The notes beneath the pieces are model-generated. The model was not told where the DNA came from. It made no database searches and was given only the letters and a program-made list of their open reading frames with translations. A stretch of DNA of 64,000 bases. It comes from Octopus sinensis. Taxonomy: Eukaryota. Of this stretch, positions 39,504 to 50,995 are shown in pieces (within the stretch, counting starts at the first letter, position 1; every line of letters starts with the position of its first letter). Location: positions 72,232,472-72,296,471 of the forward strand of contig NC_043009.1 of NCBI RefSeq assembly GCF_006345805.1. The letters run 5' to 3'. The translations under genes were made by a program, and so were the position numbers.

Positions 39504-42500
39504 CATAGGTATAAAGTCTTCATAGGTATAAAGTCTTCCATAGGTATAAAGTCTTCTGGCAAGGTAACATGGATGGTGTAGGGGGTGTAGGCATTCTCCT
39601 TGCGGAGAAATGGGTGGATAAGGTCATAGAGGTTGTCAGGGTTTGCGATAGAGTGCTTAAGCTCAATTTAGTCCTACAGAGTGGCACAGCTACGATTATC
39701 TCCGCCTGTGCCCCACATGATCAGAAGGACCACTTTCATGATACCCTTCTACAGGCTACCTCAAAGACTAGTGGCAAGGACCTCATCTTTGTGGGTGGAG
39801 ACTTTAATGGGCATGTTGGGTGGGAATCGGGTATCTTCACTGGGGTACACGGTGGCCATGGTATTGGCACCAGAATTGATGAGGGAACTAGACTACTGGA
39901 ATTCTGTGATGCATGTAACCTTTTAATCTGCAACACTAACTTCAGGAAGCCTGACTGCCACCTTATAACCTATCAGTCAGGAGACTCCGCTAGCCAAATA
40001 GACTTCATCCTCACCAGACAGCGGGATGCAGGGTCGCTTTTAAATACAAAGACCCTCCCGGGTGAAGAATGTATCCCTCAGCATGGCTAATCATTAGTGA
40101 CTTTAAGCTTGAGGCCAGAAGGACTCCAAGAAACAGACCAATCCAGAAAAGAAGGATTTGGAAGCTAAAGAACCCTTCACATGGTCAGAGATTTAGGGAC
40201 ATCCTCATCAAGAAATTTGATGAGAGGGAGGAGGAGCTTCAGATGTTGGACATAGAAGGTAGCTGGGAATTCCTACGGGACAGCTTGCTGAGCGCCACAG
40301 ACCAAGTCTGTGGATGGTGCAAAGTCCCTTCCAGACCTAGAGTTACGTGGTGGTGGAATAGTGCAGTAGACAAAGCCATTAGTGCAAAGAGGCCTGGAAA
40401 GCCTGGAGGGATGGGGGTAGCAGGGAACTGTACCAGGTAGCCAAAAGGGAGGCTGGGCAGCAGGTATACATAGCCAAAGATGTAGCAGAAAAGAAGAAGT
40501 TTGCCAATGTCCAGCAACGTGAGGACCAAAGAACTGAGGTATTTTGGATTGCCAGACAGTGTGTGAGAGAAAATAGTGATGTTACAGGAGAGAAATGTGT
40601 CCACATGGATGATGGGGCACTTGCTTTTAATGTTGGTGAAAAGAAAGAGGCTTGGAGAAGCCATTATGAAAGGCTGCTGAATGTGGAGAATGAATGGGAG
40701 GAGGAGAACCTGCCAAATATTGACCCAGTAGAGGGACCAGCTATCCGAATAGACAGCTCCCTTGTAGTTAAGGCAATTAAGGGTATGAAACCAGGTAAAG
40801 CCCCCGGCCCATCAGGAATCACTGCTGAGATGCTTAAAACAGCTGGTTAAGTGGGCTATGGCCTAGTCACCCACATTGTAAACCAGGTAGTTCATAATGG
40901 AGTCATACCCAATGACTGGCGTAGCAGCACCATAGTCAACTGCTACAAGGGTAAGGGTGATGCTCTAGATAGAAATAACTACAGGGGTATTAAACTGTTG
41001 GATCAGGTGATGAAGGTCACAGGGAGGGTCATAACCCATTTCATTAGGGAGAGAATTTGCTTAGATGAGATGCAGTTCGGTTTTGTGCCGGGTAGAAGCA
41101 CCACTGATGCTATATTCCTAGTCCGACAACTGCAGGAGAAGTACCTTGCTAAAGATAAACCCCTCTACATAGCTTTCGTGGACTTGGAGAAAGCCTTTGA
41201 CAGGGTCACCCGATCCCTTATCTGGTGGTCGATGCGGAAACTGGAGATTGACGAATGGCTAATAAGGGCTGTACAGGCCCTATACAGAGAGGCTGTCAGC
41301 GAATATAGTGAAGAATTCCGGGTAGAAGTAGGTGTACACCAAGGCTCAGCCCTCAGTTCCCTTTTATTCATCATAGTCCTCCAGGCAATAACAGAGGAAT
41401 TCAAAACGGGTCGTCCCTGGGAGCTCCTCTATGCTGATGACCTGGCTCTCATAGCAGAATCACTACCGGAACTAGAAAAGAAATTTCGGGTGTGGAAGCT
41501 AGTTTTAGAATCAAAGGGCCTTAGAGTAAATGTAGCAAAGACCAAAGTTATAGTAAGCAGAAAGGCGAACTCAGCACACACACCCTCGGGCAGGTGGCCC
41601 TGCTCGATCTGTAGGAAAGGTGTAGGTAGAAACTCCATAAGATGCACCCAGTGTAAGCTATGGACGCATAAGAGGTGCAGCAACATCAAAGGGAAATTAA
41701 CTGATAAGATAGCTTTCATGTGCGGCAGATGCACAGGGGCAATAGACACCAGATTAGAAAACAGATTCCATCACACTTCAGGGGAAGAAACAAGAAGTAG
41801 TTGATAGTTTCCGCTACCTAGGTGACCAAGTTAGTAGTGGAGGTGGATGCTCAAAGAGTGTCACCACTAGAATACGAATAACTTGGGCAAAGTTCAGAAA
41901 GCTCTTACCCCTACTGATGACAAAGGTAGATTGTATGACGCATGTGTGCGAAGTGCCATGCTTCACGGTAGTGAAACATGGGCTGTGACTGCAGAGGACA
42001 TGCGTAGACTTGAAAGGAATGAAACTAGCATGATCCGCTGGATGTGTAATGTCAGTGTGCACGCACGACAGAGGGTAAGCACCCTGAGAGAAATGCTGGA
42101 CATAAAAAACATCAGATGTGGTGTGCAAGAGCGACACTTGCGATGGTATGGTCATGTACTGTGGATGGATGAGGAGAGATGTGTGAAGAAGTGCCACTCC
42201 CAAACAGTTGAAGGTATCAGGGGGAGAGGTAGACCCAGGAAGACATGGGATGAGGTAGTCAAGCATGACCTCAGGCATTGGGCCTCACTGAGGCAATGGC
42301 GAAGGACCGAGATCTCTGGAGATATGCTGTGACTGCAAAGACCCAGGCTGCTTCTTGCACCAGTTCCGCATAGCCCTTGCTCATTCAAAGTACCTTGGAT
42401 TCCAGAACATCCCGCTGTGCTTGAGGAGACCTGTTGAGTCAAGTACATGAACATCGAAATAAATATCAATGGAAATAGTAGTTGTGATACCTGTGCCAGT

Positions 42501-42942
42501 GGCACATGAAAAGCACCATCCGAACGTGGGCGTTGCCAGCGACGCCTCGACTGGCTTCTGTGCTGGTGGCACATAAAAAGCACCATCCGAACGTGGCCGA
42601 TGCCAGCGCCGCCTTGGCTGGCTTCTGTGCCCGAGGCACATAAAAAGCACCATCTGAACGTGGCCAATGCCAGTGCCGCCTTGGCTGGCTTCCGTGCTGG
42701 TGGCACGTTGAAAGCACCAACCGATCGTGTCCGATGCCAGACTCCCCTGGCACCTGTGCAGGTGGCACGTAAAAAGCACCCACTACACTCGCGGAGTGGT
42801 TGGCATTAGGAAGGGCATCCAGCTGTAGAAACACTGCCAGATCAGACTGAAGCCTGATACAGCCCTTGGCTTCCCAGACCCCGGTCGAACCGTCCAACCC
42901 GTGCTAGCGAGGAAAACGGACGTTAAACGATGATGATGATGA
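39504..42942 (+). mobile_element. RTE-clade LINE, near-complete ORF with frameshifts and stops
   Basis: GVGGVGIL, GDFNGHVG, SQIDFIL, RT core in ORF 40851-41804 (LYADD), five 3' UTR repeat units, (GAT)n tail. Confidence 0.93.
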
Positions 42943-42959
42943 TAATATATATATATATC

Positions 42960-43327
42960 TTTTACTCTTCTACTTGTTTCAGTCTGTGGCCATGCTGGAG
43001 CACCACCTTTTGTCAAGCAAATCGACCCCAGGACTTATTCTTTGTAAGCCTAGTACTTATTCTATCGGTCTCTTTTGCCAAACCACTAAGTTACGGGGAC
43101 GTAAACACACCAGCATCGGTTGTCAAGCAATGTTGGGGAGACAAACACAGATACACAAACACATATATATATATATACATATATACGACGGGGTTCTTTC
43201 AGTTTCCGTCTACAAGGCTTTGGTCAGCTTTAGAGACTATAGTAGAACATACTTGCCCAAGGTGCCACGCAGTGGGACTGAACCCGAAACCATGTGGTTG
43301 GTAAGCAAGCTATTTACCACACAGCCA
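42960..43327 (-). mobile_element. OR-type CORE-like SINE
   Basis: Reverse complement of 25278-25695. Confidence 0.85.
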
Positions 43328-43482
43328 TATATATATATATATATATATACACAAAAGATAAAAATAATTACAAAATACGTTTAACAAAATTATTGAAAGT
43401 GGGTAGAAATAAACACTACGTAGTGAAATAGTACTACTACCCTAGGATATCTGTAGAAAGTTGAATGTGATTTCAGAATATA

Positions 43483-43780
43483 ATGAGGAAAAATTCGGAT
43501 CTTGGGAATTTTCCGAAAGTCCTCTCCTCACCTCAAGATTTTCCCCACAAATTATTTTATAGTCATAATATATGCCGTTTCAAAGGTATTTATATAAAAT
43601 TTCATTGAAAAAAAACCCATTTTCCTGAAAGGTATGAGGGAAAAACTTGGATTTTGTGAATGTTCCGAAGCCCTCTCCCCACCCCCTTGGGAAAGATTTT
43701 CCCCACAAATTTCTTTATAATTGTAATGTATGCCATTTGAAAGATATTTCTATAAAATTTCATTTAAAAAACCTTATTTG
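43483..43780. repeat. Two tandem 150-160 bp units of an interspersed repeat (related segments at 24985-25260 and 45165-45310)
   Basis: The unit ggat.ttg.gaat.ttccgaa...aagattttccccacaaatt...tataaaatttcatt occurs twice. Confidence 0.7.
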
Positions 43781-43837
43781 GTTAATGTTACCTGGAAATG
43801 AAAATCCCCACCCCCCAAAAAAATACTGGAATGGGTG

Positions 43838-44811
43838 TGTAGCGGTCTCTGATATCCTCACTGTTTGAGAGACACGGCAGGAATGATCTCGTTTGAGATT
43901 ACAGCCATCTTTGGCCGAGCTATTTCTGTTGTGTCCACTGAATTGATTGGTTGACATGTTGCGCGATTTGTCTCTACTTATTTCGCGTCACTGGCCAAAG
44001 CCAACCAATCACGGCCTTTGGTTAAGGTCCCTTCTCCTAGGCTCTGTTGAGCCACCTTACTTGTATATAAAGGAATGTTCTCAGTATACTTAGTCTTTGG
44101 TTCTAGTCCTTCTAAGGACTAACCTCTGACCACAGAGCTACTCAACATGTTCCAGTTCCAGCGACAGACGATCAGCCACGACGACACTAATGTACACCCG
44201 CAACAGAACGCCTTCTATCTCCGCCGCCGTCGTCACCATCATTGTACCAACTTCAAGTCGTCTCTACCATTTCGCCATCACCATCGTCCACTTCAGACAT
44301 GTACGCACCAACCTCACAGATCCACGCTGTTAGAGTGAATCCCTTCACCAAGTAAAACAGTCCATCTGAAGAATTCTATATTAAGAGAACCAGCTCGGCG
44401 ATTGGGACCACGACCGCGGCTCGACAATATTCGTCCAACCAGTCTCCGCCTGAGACACAACATCTTGATATTGAACTCTTACATATCGTGTACCTTATGA
44501 ACTGTAAACCAATTTCCATCATTAACTCTATGCTCTGTACCTTCTATGTCACACGCATTCACCCTCATTTGTATGTCACACACACGAACACACAGACACA
44601 ACACTTGCTAGCACTCACAACCCTCTAACCTTAACACCATTGTAAATAAAATCTTATCTTCTTTCAAACAGTGGAACGGCTTGTCTTTCATCTATATTCT
44701 GTTGGCACTGCATTGTATAAATTGTATTTATGGCTTATCTTATTTCGTTAGTGATGCGACCGTGTGACTTACCTATGTCGCCAACCTCCACATACGGTCG
44801 TATTTCCCACA
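43838..44811 (+). mobile_element. Solo LTR with 4-bp target-site duplication
   Basis: TGT...ACA ends, GGTG on both sides (43834-43837 and 44812-44815), TATATAA at 44064, AATAAA at 44645; no PBS or internal sequence follows. Confidence 0.82.
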
Positions 44812-44849
44812 GGTGTAAAACAATGTGTTTTATTTTTATTTATGCGCCC

Positions 44850-45147
44850 TTTTCAAGCGTAGCCAGGATCATGGGCCCATTTTCCCGGTTTCTGTGGCGT
44901 ATGTGTTCCCCCCAGATGGACGGGACGCCAGCCCATCGCAGCGTTACTCAAGAAACAGGAAGAAAGAGTGAGAAAAAGTTGGGGAGAAAGAGTACAACAG
45001 GGGTCGCCACCTCACCCTGCTCGAGCCTCGTGGAACTTTAGGTGTTTTCGCTCAATAAACACACGCAGTGCCCGGTCTGAGTATTGAAACTGCGATCCTT
45101 CGACCGCAAGTCCGCTGCCCTAACCACTGGGCCATTGCGCCTCCACG
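44850..45147 (-). mobile_element. tRNA-derived SINE
   Basis: Head gtggaggcgcaatggcccagtggttagggcagcggac on -; near-identical to 53870-54161. Confidence 0.85.
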
Positions 45148-45955
45148 TGTAGGAAACGAGTATGAGAAAAAAAAATGTACGCAAAGCAACGGGAGGGTGG
45201 GGAGAGGACTTGGGAAAATTCACAAGATCCGAGCTTTTCGCTCATAACTTTTAGGAAAAGGGGGGGGGGGTAATGTTTACATCTTAACCCGGAAATGAAA
45301 ATCCAAACCCTCATATCTGTATATATATATGTGTGTGTGTACACACACAGACAAGAACAAGCACGCACACACAAGCCATTAGCTTTCTTCTCCTCTTCCC
45401 ATTTTAGTAGCTGTTACGGAGGTGACGAAGATATCCGAAGTGAATTGTCGAGTTGTCACGGAAACAACCGAGATTTTGTTTTGGTTTTGTCGAGTCAAAA
45501 CGAAGGAAACGCCTAATGGGCGTTGCTATTATATATATATATATATATATATATGGGCGTTGCTATTATATATATATATAAACACACACATATATATATA
45601 TACATACATTATATATATATATATATATATATAGGTTGAAAATGCAATAAAATTGAAGCCAAAACATTAAAAATTATGGTTAATGTTTACAGTGCTATTT
45701 CTACAAGGATTGTAATGTTTCGTGGGGGTTTTGGGACGTAACAGCCGCGATGGTTACAGGAGGACAATCCAGAACATGCGATAGAAAGTGGACTAAGTTA
45801 ATTACAATTAATGAGAATTGAGCGAACTGTGAACGGAGTTAATTAATTATAATCTAAATAGAAACGTTACGACGGGTCATAGAATACAATAAAAAAGCAG
45901 CAGGTCCTTCCGTAATTACTTAGGAAAATGAAGAAATGTCTAACTCGACAAGGCA

Positions 45956-46146
45956 GCGGGGTGGCAGAAACGTTAGCACGCCGAGCGAAATACTTAGTGA
46001 GATTTTGTCTGCCGTTACGTTTTGCCTTTCATCCTTTTGGGGTCTATTAAATAATTACCAGTTACGCACTAGAATCGATGTAATCCACTTTATCCGTTTG
46101 TCCCCTCTGTGTTTAGCCCCTAGTGGGCAGTAAAGAAATAAGAAAT
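45956..46146 (+). mobile_element. SINE, same family as 259-492, with internal deletion
   Basis: Direct similarity, including tttgcctttcatcctttt and gtcccctctgtgtttagcccc. Confidence 0.8.
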
Positions 46147-46647
46147 TTCTAACTCGACAGCACTGGTCAAACAGTCGGTAGATGAACTGTGGAACCAATA
46201 TCGTACGTACGATCGAGAAGTGGGGAGTTTGTTCTGGGATAGTTTAGTTTTAGATAAGCGACTATTTTAAACCAGACACGCACAATAATGCTTTTAATGC
46301 AGGGAAGGCTATTTGCGCAGTTGATAGAGTTTTTGTCAGGTTGTAAACATCACATGTATCTATTGAATGAAGGTTGACATTTCGAAAAAATGTATGTTGT
46401 GTATCAGTATATGTGTACGTGGCCAACAATTTAATTTTTTTGTACGTTAACTTCTGATGTAATTGTAGCCTAAACTATCTGACATATATTTGTAGAAAAA
46501 TTAATTTCAAAATATCTGAAAATAGAGCAAAAACAACAACAACAACAAAACATCACAGTAAGAACCATGTTTAAAATGAAACAAAAGAAACAACAGAAAA
46601 TATAAGAGAAGAAAAAAAAAGAAATTAGTTGAGAATGATTGTAATAC

Positions 46648-46855
46648 CTTGAGGAGATTAAAGGTGAAAGAGGAATGGGCGAGAAGTAAACAAGAGAATG
46701 GCGAGGAAAAGTGGTGTAGTGAAGAAATAGAGGAGCGCAGTGAATGAGGAACAGGGCTTCGGATCAGAAAGGCCATTTCAGTTGGAATTTCTTTGTTATG
46801 ACGAGGATTTTTTCCCCAAATTTTGTTTTTCACCACAGCCTTCGAAATGATCTTT
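46648..46855 (-). other. Possible non-coding 5' exon (candidate leader of the zinc-finger gene)
   Basis: AAG|GTATTA donor on - at 46647 in apparently non-repetitive sequence. No direct evidence links it to the 37477 acceptor. Confidence 0.25.
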
Positions 46856-47416
46856 GGATCTTTTCCCTTTGAACGGCAGATCAAGAAATTAATTTTTTGT
46901 AACTAAACACTTTCAAACTTTGGACTCTGGTAGAATGTGTCATATAAAACATCTTTTACTCTTAGCATTTTTGAGAAAAACTTATATTTTCAAAGTTATT
47001 TCACGTTAAAGTTGTCCTATTTCGGTAATTTCAACCAATCAATGACGTGTATTCAGCTGGATAAAATTACTGCTGTTGTTGCCAACAACAACTTCCGGCG
47101 GTGTATATTTCGTTTGTCACTGTTATTTATGACGTCGTTCGTGCGTTTGGACTGGTTTTAGAGCTAAATTAACGAGTGGTCTTAGGATGTGCTAGAAACA
47201 ATAGCCAAATCTCCTTTGAATCGAACACCATTTTGTCTGAAATATATATATATATTTTTTTTTTACTGAAAGGGCTCCTATCACAGATTTTAAGGGCAAA
47301 ACAAATTGGCCTAGGTCAGTCCAAAGTTTGATGGTGAGGAGGGAATAATAAAATCACATTTCCAAAACTTTCTTTGTGTTATAATGCTTTTAATGCAGGA
47401 AAGGCTATTTGCTGAG

Positions 47417-49919
47417 TTTTTTATGTGTATATTGTTCAGCAAAAAAAATAAATGATTTATGCATTTATTTGTATGTTTTATTTCATATTTATTTTGCATT
47501 TGGCTATATGTTTGTGAAAGTAGCACTATATCATTTGCAAAGTTGAGATCTTCTAGAGCTTCCGCATCCGTCCATTCAATGCCTGTTTGGCTTTCAATCG
47601 TAGTTTCCTTCATAATCCAATCTATAACTAGTAGAAATAAGAAGGGAGAAAGTATACAGCCCTGTCGAACTCCTGTTTTTACTCCGAATTTATCTGTAGC
47701 TCCGTTTCCATGCAAGACTCGGCATGACATTCCTTGGTAAGTTGCTCTTATTATAGATATATACTTATCTGGTATGCGCAGTGCTGCATAATTTTCCATA
47801 AGCCTTCCCTATCTACACTATAGAAGGAGAGGTAGGCCTAAGAACTCGTGGCGGAGATCAACACAAAAGGAACTAGAGAAAGGGGGACAGTCATGGCAGA
47901 GTATAAGTACAGAAGCCAAAATTTATGTGACATGGAATTCAACCATAAGTGGCCTATACTCCACATTGGAGGGTTAAAGGCATAAAGTAAAGTTCAAAAG
48001 TTTAATTCATATTTAATACCAGGGGTTGAAAAAACAGGATGAAAAATGGGATCCTGAATGAAAAAAGTTTAAGGGCCGCTGCCCTATATGGATGATGTGA
48101 AGCTTTCAAGTAAGAAAGATGAAGAGATAGATTTCTTAATACAGACTGTAAGACTCTTCAGCAAAGATATAGGCATGGAATTTGGCATAGATAAGTGTAC
48201 AATATTAGTCATGAGAAGGGGACAGGTAGGCAACAGCGAAGGCATCCAATTACAAGATGGTCAGACATTAAAATCATTGAAAGGAGGAGAGAGTTATAAG
48301 TATCTAGGAGTATTAGAGTGTGACAGAATACTAACTACAGAAATCAAAACGAAAATTGAGGAGTACATCAGAAGGGTGAGGAAGCTAACGAAGTCAAATT
48401 TGCTTATCAGTTGTTTGACCTTAACCAGTTGAGCATGTCACTTAGTGGCTGACAATATATGCATCTCTGATCACGAGCAGAAGTAGTGGGGGAGCATCAT
48501 AGCCATGTGTTGAGAGGGATTCTTTGGGGTTTGGATAATTCACCTCTGGAAACATGGGTGTTTGGTTTAACATCCTTAAACAACTATTATTCAGAGACCT
48601 TTTGAGCAGAATGGGCTACTCAACCTGGAGAAAATTGTGACTGGGCCCCTCTTGCACATGCACCACAAACATATGTGCGCGACATAGTGATCTCTTGCTT
48701 GACTTTGCAAGAGGGGCCCAGTCACAATTTTCTCCAGGTTGAGTAGCCCATTCTGCTCAAAAGGTCTCTGAATAATAGTTGTTTAAGGATGTTAAACCAA
48801 ACACCCATGTTTCCAGAGGTGAATTATCCAAACCCCAAAGAATCCCTCTCAACACATGGCTCCCCCACTACTTCTGCTCGTGATCAGAGATGCATATATT
48901 GTCAGCCACTAAGTGACATGCTCAACTGGTTAAGGTCAAACAACTGATAAGCAAATTTGACTTCGTTAGCTTCCTCACCCTTCTGATGTACTTTTGATTT
49001 CTGTAGTTAGTATTCTGTCACACTCTAATACTCCTAGATACTTATAACTCTCTCCTCCTTTCAATGATTTTAATGTCTGACCATCTTGTAATTGGATGCC
49101 TTCGCTGTTGCCTACCTGTCCCCTTCTCATGACTAATATTGTACACTTATCTATGCCAAATTCCATGCCTATATCTTTGCTGAAGAGTCTTACAGTCTGT
49201 ATTAAGAAATCCATCTCTTCATCTTTCTTACTTGAAAGCTTCACATCATCCATATAGGGCAGCGGCCTTAAACTTTTTCATTCAGGATCCCATTTTTCAT
49301 CCTGTTTTTTCAACCCCTGGTATTAAATATGAATTAAACTTTTGAACTTTACTTTATGCCTTTAACCCTCCAATGTGGAGTATAGGCCACTTATGGTTGA
49401 ATTCCATGTCACATAAATTTTGGCTTCTGTACTTATACTCTGCCATGACTGTCCCCCTTTCTCTAGTTCCTTTTGTGTTGATCTCCGCACGAGTTCTTAG
49501 GCCTACCTCTCCTTCTATAGTGTAGATAGGGGAAGGCTTATGGAAAATTATGCAGCACTGCGCATACCAGATAAGTATATATCTATAATAAGAGCAACTT
49601 ACCAAGGAATGTCATGCCGAGTCTTGCATGGAAACGGAGCTACAGATAAATTCGGAGTAAAAACAGGAGTTCGACAGGGCTGTGTATACTTTCTCCCTTC
49701 TTATTTCTACTATATAGATTGGATTATGAAGGAAACTACGATTGAAAGCCAACAGGCATTGAATGGACGGATGCGGAAGCTCTAGAAGATCTCAACTTTG
49801 CAAATGATATAGTGCTACTTTCACAACATATAGCCAAATGCAAAATAAATATGAAATAAAACATACAAAAAATGCATAAATCATTTATTTTTTTTGCTGA
49901 ACAATATACACATAAAAAA
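47417..49919. repeat. Long inverted duplication: arms 47417-48656 and 48706-49919, 49-bp spacer
   Basis: The arms are near-identical reverse complements; mirrored ORFs at 48088(+)/49253(-) and 47799(-)/49540(+). Confidence 0.95.
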
Positions 49920-50420
49920 GTAGTTATATTATTTGTCAAAATAACAGTAATTTTAGGATTTGTGTGTTTGTGAAATAACATATAAACTGAAATTTAAGTG
50001 CTTGAATTTAATGTTCGCGAGCCTCTTTGGGGTTGTGACCCATAGTTTAAGAAGCGCTGATTTAGAGCAAATGGTTTATTTTTCTCTTACTATTTCTGAA
50101 CAGATACCCTGTTTTTACCTTCCTTGCTATTAAAGAGAGGGGGATCAAAGAGAAGATGTATATTAGAGGGGATAGCAAGTTCCCTTGGAAAATCTCTTTT
50201 GATATTAATTTTCCCTAAAATGGTCTCATCTGAGTAGAGGTTTCTTCATGCTAAAGCTTATTAACTCTTTTATGTTGTCTGCTATACTGAATATATTCAA
50301 ACATTCATTTACACATGAGTGTGGTATCATATCATAGGCTTTCCTATAATCTATTCATGCTATTGTTAGAGTTTTCTTTCTAGCTTTTACTTCATTTAGA
50401 ACTGCTTTTTCTATGTATAA
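48965..50420 (-). mobile_element. R4/Dong-like RT remnant interrupted by a hAT element
   Basis: IA*IDYRKAYDMIPHS, FQG..LSPL...LIPLS, NHLL / YMDDVKL, DIGMEFGIDKC and YKYLGV. Confidence 0.8.
49260..50059. mobile_element. Non-autonomous hAT (Charlie-like) element containing an RTE RT fragment (about 49530-49850)
   Basis: Imperfect TIRs CAGCGGCCTTAAACT / CAGCGCTTCTTAAACT; 8-bp flanks ATATAGGG and ATTTAGAG (6/8 identical). Removing the element restores NHLLYMDD. The internal fragment GVRQGC is RTE-like. Confidence 0.7.
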
Positions 50421-50460
50421 TAAACAAAGAAAATTTTATAATAAAAGAAAATCAAAATAC

Positions 50461-50691
50461 CTGTTCCATTTTGGGAAGGTTTCAATTCTTTTCTCAACTT
50501 TTTGAACAGAAAACAAGCAAATATGAGCCATCCAAGGAATATAACATAAGATACCACCAGAAGAACAATAGGAAAAATAATCGTTTGACTTCATTTCAGG
50601 CAAAGCACCAAGGAAGTAATTGCGAGTGCCTTAGTGAATAGAAATACACACACGGCAATGAAGGCGGAATACTTTCTTGAGAGAGAATTGT
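50461..50691 (-). pseudogene. Ig/multi-TM gene: exon with two hydrophobic helices and an in-frame TGA
   Basis: Acceptor gatcttttccAG, donor CAG|GTATTT, 231 bp, phase 1-1. Translates NSLSRKYSAFIAVCVFLFTKALAITSLVLCLK*SQTIIFPIVLLVVSYVIFLGWLIFACFLFKKLRKELKPSQNGT. Confidence 0.6.
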
Positions 50692-50763
50692 CTGGAAAAG
50701 ATCATGTAAGAGTATTATAAGATTTTAGATATCATGATGGAGAATTATCAGATGAGAAGACAA

Positions 50764-50923
50764 TGTGTTGTTAGAATCAGTAAGAGGCCGGATAAAATGC
50801 TCAGTGACATTTCATCCGTCTTTATGTTCTGAGTTTATATTCATCCATGATCGACTTTCACTTTTATCCTTTCGGATTCGATATAATAAGTACCAGCTGA
50901 GCAATGGGGTTGATGTAATCGAC
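50764..50923 (+). mobile_element. SINE (259-492 family) inserted in the first TM exon
   Basis: Family core gatcgactttcacttttatcctttcgg...aagtaccagctgagcaatggggttgatgtaatcgac; GACAA at both edges. Confidence 0.75.
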
Positions 50924-50995
50924 AAGAAAGCAGAAATTGAAATAAAGCCATGAAGACAATGATCCAGGTACATCTTCTTGGTATAGGACCTTTAC
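50924..50995 (-). pseudogene. Ig/multi-TM gene: first transmembrane exon (5' part)
   Basis: Acceptor ttctttcgtgatctttttcAG, phase 1, compatible with the upstream exon. Translates (C)KGPIPRRCTWIIVFMALFQFLLS and then runs into the SINE. Confidence 0.5.

Noticed and set aside
42490-42785. Repeat-spacer-like pattern resembling a CRISPR array
   Set aside because: The spacers are similar to each other, the array is part of the RTE 3' UTR, there are no cas genes, and the context is eukaryotic.
50290-50410. Apparent next exon of the Ig/TM gene after a 50-bp intron
   Set aside because: The frame is R4-type reverse transcriptase (IDYRKAYDMIPHS) with a stop, so it is not a host exon.
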